This document shows, one piece after another, positions 56,421 to 64,000 of a stretch of DNA of 64,000 nt. This DNA is from Chrysomallon squamiferum (taxonomy: Eukaryota; Animalia; Mollusca), in NCBI GenBank assembly GCA_012295275.1, contig CM022672.1, forward strand, positions 3,596,001-3,660,000, written 5' to 3'. The position numbers and the translations under genes were made by a program. How positions within the stretch are numbered: position 1 is the stretch's first letter; each line of letters begins with the position of its first letter. Under the pieces are notes generated by a model, which did no database searches, was not told the DNA's origin, and saw only the letters and a program-made list of their open reading frames with translations.

Positions 56421-57930
56421 TAAAAAGTCATAAAAAAGAGAAGAAGTTAAAAAAGGGAGTTAAATGCAAAGCTGAAGAATAGCAAGGAAAGTGATAAACT
56501 GTGTTTCTTTACAAACTGCCAACTGAATTGAACAGCACTTTCGATCCATCAATATCTCTACATTTATGCTTTTATCGAATCTTATTCAACAACGTCAATT
56601 TACTGGTAGCTTGTTCATTCATTGATAAAAATGGATAATAAATATTTCCACGCATTAACAGGCTTAAGAAAGTCTGGAACTGCGCATACGTTTACATTGG
56701 TGCACGTTCTTCAGTGTTACATTAATTCCACTGCTCGGCGGTTATTTTTAAGCTATTAAAAAGGTTATTATTTTTAAATAAATATTGACACAGGTGACAG
56801 CTGAATAAACAAACTGCGAAGTTTAGTTATCAGACATAAAGGGTCTTTACACAGCACTGTTAGAATGATTTCTTAACATCACAAAATATGAATTAGATCA
56901 TTTCTGCATTGCAGTCAAAGACAAATAACCAAAAAAGAAAACAAAATAAATAAAATAATAATAATAATAAAAAAAGATGACGATTCACGAGGCGAAACGA
57001 AGGCAGTACGCAGTGCAGCCAATGAAAATGCCTAGTAGCTATGTTACTGACGGATGCAAGTAGACTGAAATTAAAATGGACAAAAATATATAATTTAAAA
57101 TTACGTAATCTTGCAGCTTAGATGTATGCCTTGTCAACAGAGGTTTTACTGACTATTTTGCCATTTAGTTGTTTTGATGCTAAAGCAAATATAACTGTTA
57201 AAATCATTTTGTTATTAAATTCGACAATGACTGTCAGTTATCCATAAAACAGTACACGCTAATTAACATAATTTATGACTGACAGTTTCAGGATAGAACT
57301 AAGGAATGCGGATTGCTTTACTTCAACATAAAACCAAAATGTTTCCTAGAAAATAAAGCTGTCCTTGGGACCTAAATGTAACCGGAAGACATTATGCCAA
57401 ACCGTTTAAACTACTTCCGCTGTCATTATGTCCGTCACTCTATAGTTCTTGTTATTCCACCGAAATCGAAGATGATTAAAATAAAACAGGTACTAGAACA
57501 GGCTTGAGAAGCGTATTAATTTGTTTGTTACCACTTTTTTTTTTTTTTTTTTTTTTTAATTTTCATTGCTTATTTTTCACGTTTATATTCAATCTTGGTT
57601 CAGGAAACCGAAAAAAAAAAAAAAAAAAAAAAAATCCGTAATTTTACTTTAACCGAGAAATATGTAACTTGTATACTTAAACCGAACTAGTATGTGGTCT
57701 TACTAATAGTGAAAAATGTTCAAAATTTCATATCGACTTACAAAGTTCGTCTGTCTGTCTGTTTAATCAGTATCACTTCTAATTACAGTATTACTTACCA
57801 GCTGAAGCAGAAACTTCCACGCTATATAATTTATTTATTATTGCACGCGGTTACTTGATGCAGGTAACGAGGCGTGCTTAAAAGCTCGTCAGACTTCACT
57901 TTCTTACATATATTGCGTGAAATAATTAAT

Positions 57931-57965
<35 letters not shown>

Positions 57966-58075
57966 CGCAGAATGAATAATATAGACATTCGTCCTGCTTA
58001 GTAGGTCATGTCATTTCAGTGAATGGTATATGTTTATACAAAAACCTGTGATAAATTTCATTACCAAAAACAGAA

Positions 58076-58077
<2 letters not shown>

Positions 58078-58110
<33 letters not shown>

Positions 58111-58258
58111 TAATAATAGAAGTTGTTGTAGTAGTAGTAGTAGTAGTAGTAGTAATAGTAACAGTAGCAGAATATTGGTAGTAATTGTAGTAGAGGTAGT
58201 AGTAGTTGTAGCTGTTGTAGTAGTAGTTGGAGCTGTTGTAGTAGTAGCAGTAGTAGTG
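58078..58258 (+). repeat. Compound (TAA)n/(TAG)n low-complexity tract
   Basis: Direct reading. Confidence 0.9.
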
Positions 58259-58684
58259 GCGAGGTGTGACGAGAAAATTCTGTATTCGCCTTGATATTTA
58301 TCGGCATTTCCTTAATTCTTTTTATCTTTGTATCACAAACATAATAATTTACTAACTTTTTATGACACGGGCCATTAACCCCAATTTACTGATTTTGGAA
58401 CCGTTTCAGAATCTGCTTGGCAGAAGGTAATAAAATAAATGCAAAAATCGTTATTCTGAAAACCAGAGTTAAACTGTTACAGTCGCTTTAGTATTCTGAA
58501 CACCTCCCTCAATCCGTGTGATGTAATTCCGGCTTTATTGGGATATATAGGGTTAACTGTCATTAACGTTTATGGAGCTTTATGGAGTCGAAATGCAAAG
58601 CCAGGATTTTAGTTCATGAAGTCAATATATGTTTGGTATTTAAAACTGCTTTTAAAACTGGATTAATGAATGAAAGAAAATCAG

Positions 58685-58687
<3 letters not shown>

Positions 58688-58723
<36 letters not shown>
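58688..58723 (+). repeat. (CA)n microsatellite
   Basis: Direct reading. Confidence 0.95.
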
Positions 58724-58731
<8 letters not shown>

Positions 58732-60880
58732 GAAGTTTTGTTCGGTGACTTACGTAATTTATCGATAAACCTTCGTTGTTATGTATGTATGTGTATATTG
58801 TATGCATATCTACGTACATATGTGTGCATGTATGTATATATGTATGTGTATTATTTATGTATACTTACGTGTGTGTGTGTGTGTGTATATACGCATACAT
58901 GCATATAATAATAATAATAATAATAAAGTCAAATTTCACTGAAAATATCTAAAAGAAGAACGTTTATTCTGCAAACAGTAAAAATCTGTTTCAACAACCT
59001 TTTTCACGATGAATTCAAGCTATTCATTCAAAACCGACGCAGCCAGTTTATTGTTTTACAGAGCTGAGTTAGCATATATTAAGAGGTCAAGCCATTTATA
59101 CTGTCAAACGTACAGTACACAGTGTCGTAAATATAAAATATCAACGACAGCTGCGTTTAACTGAATTACAAATACATTTTTTTTGCTGGAAGAGGATAAC
59201 TTGACGTTGTTCTCTTGGAAATGTTGGTGATATTGTTTTGGGAATGTTGTCTTCGGAACATGGGAATATTGTTTTGAGGACGAAATGAGAAAATGCCGAT
59301 GATGGATAAGGATAAAGGGGATTAGCTAACATATGTCTCCGTATCCCTCATTAATAAATCTACAATCAGCCTCTTTGAAAGGGAGTTAAGAGCCTATGAC
59401 ATAAAAATCTGATCGTGAATATATTATATCTGACTTCCTTTAACTGTAGGGTATTGTTAAATCAGTGTTCATGCAGAACGTTATCTCTCTTGAGAAAATC
59501 GGAGCAGAATCAATTGTTAAGCAATTTGCAGTGATGTTAGAACCTGAACAAAAACTCATTTATTCATTTGTGTTCGTTAAATTAAACTGAATGGCTTTCT
59601 AATGGATGCACGTTGGTTTTAACGTTTTCAGTAGTTTTTGTCTCTTTTTTAAAATAATAGCAAACACGTACGTTTGTACTGAAGGTTTGTAATGCCACTA
59701 TATGTTGTTTAAATATTTTGGTAAATGTAGTAATTTTCAGTTCATGTTCAGTTCAAAATTAATGTTCATATGTGTGAATGTAAGACTGGTACAAATATGG
59801 TGCTGACCTAATTCCACAGATAAGGAATAATTATTGATACAGATAGAGATAGATATGTGTGTGTGTGTGTGTGTGTATCTGTGTGTGACAAATAAACATT
59901 TTTTTTCTTTTTGATATTTTTTCTTCTTTGATTGATTCTTTCTTTATTCTTTTCTTTCTTTCTTTTCAAGGAAAACAAAATAAATAAAAAATAAAATTAA
60001 AAAAAAAGAAGAAGAAGATTAATTTATCATTTTGTTTTGTGATTTAGGCATGACAGTGTATTTAATGAAGCTCACATTTAATCACGGTATTTTACTTGGT
60101 TTGAAATGTCCCATTGACTTTGCTTTTTGGAGCACATCCTCTACGTACAGTCGGATTGCAGCGGACTTCATGTGAAGAAAAGTTTTGCTTTGAACGACAA
60201 TAGAAATCAAAATGAAAACAGTTTGCAGGAGGCGATAACAACAGGAAGAATTATGAATTAACAATGAGTGTCTCTGAAAAACAATACAGCACCATTGTTT
60301 TTCACAGGATGAAGTTATTTTTTTACTTTTTTATTATTTTTTTTCTTTGATAATATTTTGTTTTATTGTGTGCTGTTTTCGTTGTATATAATTTGTTTTT
60401 GTTTTTTTATCATTGTTTGGTCTGCTATGAATATGGAACAAAATAGTTTAGTAACAGCAATAGTAGCAGTAGTAGCAGTACTAGTTGTAGTAGTAGTTGT
60501 AGTGTGTGTGTATGTATCTATCTATCTATCTATATATATATATACTAGTATGTACTAGCTGTAGTACTAGTAGTAATAGTTGGCGATAGTGATAGTAATA
60601 GTAGTTGTTGTAATAGTAGGACGAGTGTAGGACCCAAGCTACGCTGGTGGTGGTGGGGGGATAGCTGCTCTGACAACTTCAGGCAGTGCAGCGGGAGAAA
60701 TGAGAGAAAAGAAATAATTATTTGGTGTTTGTGTTTCTGAAATTTGGAAATAAATCTACCCATCTGACGCCCTTAATCAATGATTCCCCAACTGCCCGTG
60801 AAAAGTTAGTAGTAGTAGAGAGGTGGTGGAGTGGAATATTAAACGACAGGATCAGTATCACTGCCGCCGTCACCATTACT

Positions 60881-60957
60881 ACCACCAACAGCAACAACAA
60901 CAACAGCAACAACAATAACAAGAACAAGAACAATAACAATAATAATAATAATAATAA
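60881..60957 (+). repeat. (CAA)n/(TAA)n microsatellite
   Basis: Direct reading. Confidence 0.9.
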
Positions 60958-62747
60958 AAGAAAAAAGAAAAGTATGAAATAATTAAAGAATATTGACATC
61001 CTTATGAAAGATTGTATATAAAATAAACACCATTTCTGACATCATTCGTATTTTGTATGTACTCAGAGTACTCAAACATATAAAGCTTTTAAAGACGTAC
61101 AAACATACATATATACATAAATATACAATGACTTACAAGTTAATGGACAGAAGTAAAAATAAAATACATTAAATAACAGCCTCAGGGGAAATTCTCGCAA
61201 AAACGTTACATTGATTGGAACAACGTAATATATATAGAGCTTCTATTGAGGAAAACAGAAATAATTAAGTAAACGTTTGTCAACTCATACAATTCAGACT
61301 TTTGGATTGTGTGCCTAAGATAAAACTGCTTGAAGCTTCTGTGTGTATAAGCATGTTTCAGATACTTGACCGATCAATTCGTCTACACGTATAATTATTT
61401 TCACGTTTCTGTTTAACAGCGAAACTTCAACGTGTGTGATAGACTGTGCTACCAATAATTCTGCTTATCGGGAAAATTAAAACAGAAGTTTTGTTTTATT
61501 TGCTTTTTCGGGGAGCATGGGGTGGGGGAGGTTTGAACACATATAGTCGATATGTGGATAATGGGTGTCTGCATTTTTTTTTTTTTTTTTTTAGCCTCCA
61601 CTTTTGTTTTGTCCTGTTTTCAAGTTTGTGAAAACTATTGATTCTGAAAATTTCAGTCACATAGTAGTAGGTAATGTTCTAATTATGTTAGTTTATAGAA
61701 ACAAAATACTTGTATGCATCCATCCATCCATGCATACACACACATGCACACTCATACTCATACATATTACAAACAAGACATAAATACATTATAATAATGT
61801 TAATATTAGCAATTGTGACAGTAGTACAGTATACTGAAACGAAATTAAAATAGCATACAGAGATAAGCATTTGTTATCGAACAAAATGAAATTAAATTAA
61901 CACAAGGCATGTACTGATTAAATCTACAGCTGCACTGATATTGAATCCACACAAATAAATAAATGAGATTTTATATTAAATAACTAAAATATCGCGATTG
62001 CTTTAATATTGGAGAATTAATAGTTATATACATTATAGCTTTTATATATATTATTTATATATATATATATATATATGTTATTACAGCTAACTGCACAGAT
62101 TTGGTAGATACGACCATGTTATGTTACATTTCCGTTGACATTCAGTTAATGTAGAGTAGTTGTATGGAAGTAATTACTGATTAACTGGTTTGACCTATCA
62201 GTTTACGCAGGTAAATTACCAATATGGAGCCCTTTCTTACCGATTAATCTTTGAGGTTTTTTTCATGATAAAGAAAGAAAAAACTACATAAGGAAAATAG
62301 AAGGCCGAATTAGCATTTATTCTACATTTCGTAATGTCATGAAATATGCCATAACATTAAATGAATGAAATTACAAAATCGATTAAAAAGCTGTCGATGG
62401 TAACCTCTCTATCTCTCAAATTTAACGTTGTATTTTGAAAACGGATACCTTTACTACGAATTATGTTCGCTACATAAATTCGAATTAAACAGCTTCATGT
62501 ATGTGTTGTCAGTTTCTGTATTATTAAAATAGTTTAATGCCCCACTGTTTGTAGTTCAAAATTGCAAAGTAAATGGGATAGATAGATAGATAAATAGAAT
62601 AGAAAAGAATGGAACAGAATAAATGTAAATAGCTAGATAGTTTAAAGAAAGAGAAAAGGAGAGAAAGACAGAGATGTGTACACTGAACGTAGACTTTGAC
62701 CACTAAGACAAAGGCCAACAGAGATACAAACTCGTATCCAGAATGTA

Positions 62748-63062
62748 CAGGAACCGGACCAATTATCCGGCGTCCTGAAATCAGGAAAGACCAGTCAAAC
62801 GGAAGTTTTTTCCCGACGCTATTTTCATAGTTCGCGCGCGCAGGTGTTGTCCTCATCAGACCGGAACTACTCTTTCAAGCCGCGTGGCGTTCATTTACTC
62901 GCCGCATTGTTTACGTGTTGAGTCGCCGCAGTTGTGTATCGTCAATTTTCTCTATGTTTTTAATTTTAAAATGTTTATGCCTAATTATTTACGTATTTAG
63001 ATGCCTTGGTACCAGAAAACCGGAAAATCCCAAAGGAGTCCGGATAATTGGTCCGGTACCTG
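62748..63062. mobile_element. 315-bp MITE, Tc1/mariner-pogo type
   Basis: 23-bp terminal inverted repeats CAGGAACCGGACCAATTATCCGG (62748-62770) and CCGGATAATTGGTCCGGTACCTG (63040-63062), 22/23 match. Flanked by TA on both sides (62746-62747, 63063-63064). No transposase ORF. Confidence 0.88.
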
Positions 63063-63771
63063 TATTAAATATTGTGTATTTATTTATTTGACTATTAAAC
63101 CATTTAACCCTCTCTGATGTTTTATATTATGAATGATGATGATGATGATAGTAATAACAATCTTCTTTCTTTTTTTTTTTTTTACATTACGCTTTCTTTT
63201 ATTATTTTTACTTCTTCTTCTTCTTTTATTATTATTACTGTTATTATTATTATTTTTATTATTATTGTCATAATTCGTAACGCCTATAACGCGTAACGAA
63301 ATCGGTTATCGATAACACATTTGTGTGTGTGAGTGCGTGCGTGTGTGTGTGTGTGTGTGTGACATCGTTCAGGTATTTGCATCAGTCTGATTGAAATAAC
63401 AGAAGTGGAAGACGAGATGTAAGAAGGTAATTAATAATACAACACGTTGCAAAAACTTGATTCACTTGTCTCAAACGAATCACCTGATAACAAATTCGAT
63501 AAAACCACCACCGACAGACATGCCAGTGACAGTAACAATAAATGTGTGGATATAAATACATATTGTATATTCAAACATTGCTTTTGTTGCTTATGAAATA
63601 TTGCTGAAATTTTTTTTATGGCATTTTTATATTCTGATTATATTACTTTTTATTGTGCTTAAGCTCCGTGTTAATTAACTTGTACTGTTTACGAAGATGA
63701 GATGTGAAAATGTGAGTGTCTTTGTGTTTTACAGCAGTATGAGGCTGTCAGGGGAACGATGACATTCTGTG

Positions 63772-63820
63772 ATGGATTTACTCATACTGTTTCTTCTTCT
63801 TTGCCAGTTTGGTGTTTTGG
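63772..63820 (+). CDS. Probable first coding exon of an unidentified secreted or membrane protein (signal peptide MDLLILFLLLCQFGVL-G); gene continues beyond the window
   Basis: Acceptor tttgtgttttacagcag ending at 63734/63737, ATG in gtgATGG context at 63772, hydrophobic 16-codon stretch, and a perfect GTAAGT donor at 63821 in phase 1. Confidence 0.5.
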
Positions 63821-63833
63821 GTAAGTGGATTAT

Positions 63834-63835
63834 TT

Positions 63836-63906
<71 letters not shown>
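63834..63906 (+). repeat. (TTTA)n microsatellite
   Basis: Direct reading. Confidence 0.95.
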
Positions 63907-64000
63907 CAATATTTATTATCATTGTTATTATTTTTATTATGAAATCATCACCATTATTATCATTATTGTCATCATGATTATTATTATTACTACTACTACT

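Noticed and set aside
63739-63771. Selenocysteine or readthrough at the in-frame TGA upstream of the signal peptide
   Set aside because: No SECIS evidence in the window; a simple uORF explains it.

Overview
AT-rich animal (invertebrate bilaterian, probably gastropod mollusc) genomic DNA with spliceosomal introns; the taxon is inferred from gene structure and repeat content, not from a search. No prokaryotic features, CRISPR, rRNA or tRNA are visible. The first 46 kb holds four multi-exon genes that I reconstructed by hand, arranged as two head-to-head pairs. These are ACTR1A/centractin (-, 11 coding exons, 376 aa), SUFU (+, 12 exons, about 474 aa, with an apparent 1-nt frameshift in exon 2), BOD1L1-like (-, 11 exons, about 2288 aa) and mitoferrin SLC25A28/37 (+, 4 exons, 316 aa). 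The last 18 kb is gene-poor. It contains microsatellites, minisatellites, a TA-flanked MITE, clusters of developmental TF motifs, and at the far end a probable signal-peptide-coding first exon. The main observation is that the human homologues of all four genes lie in the NK-homeobox paralogon (10q24, 8p21, 5q35, 4p15), so this may be an intact ancestral microsyntenic block flanking NK4/NK3. SUFU also shows several splicing oddities. I see no evidence of a wholly new biological system; the findings are testable candidates.
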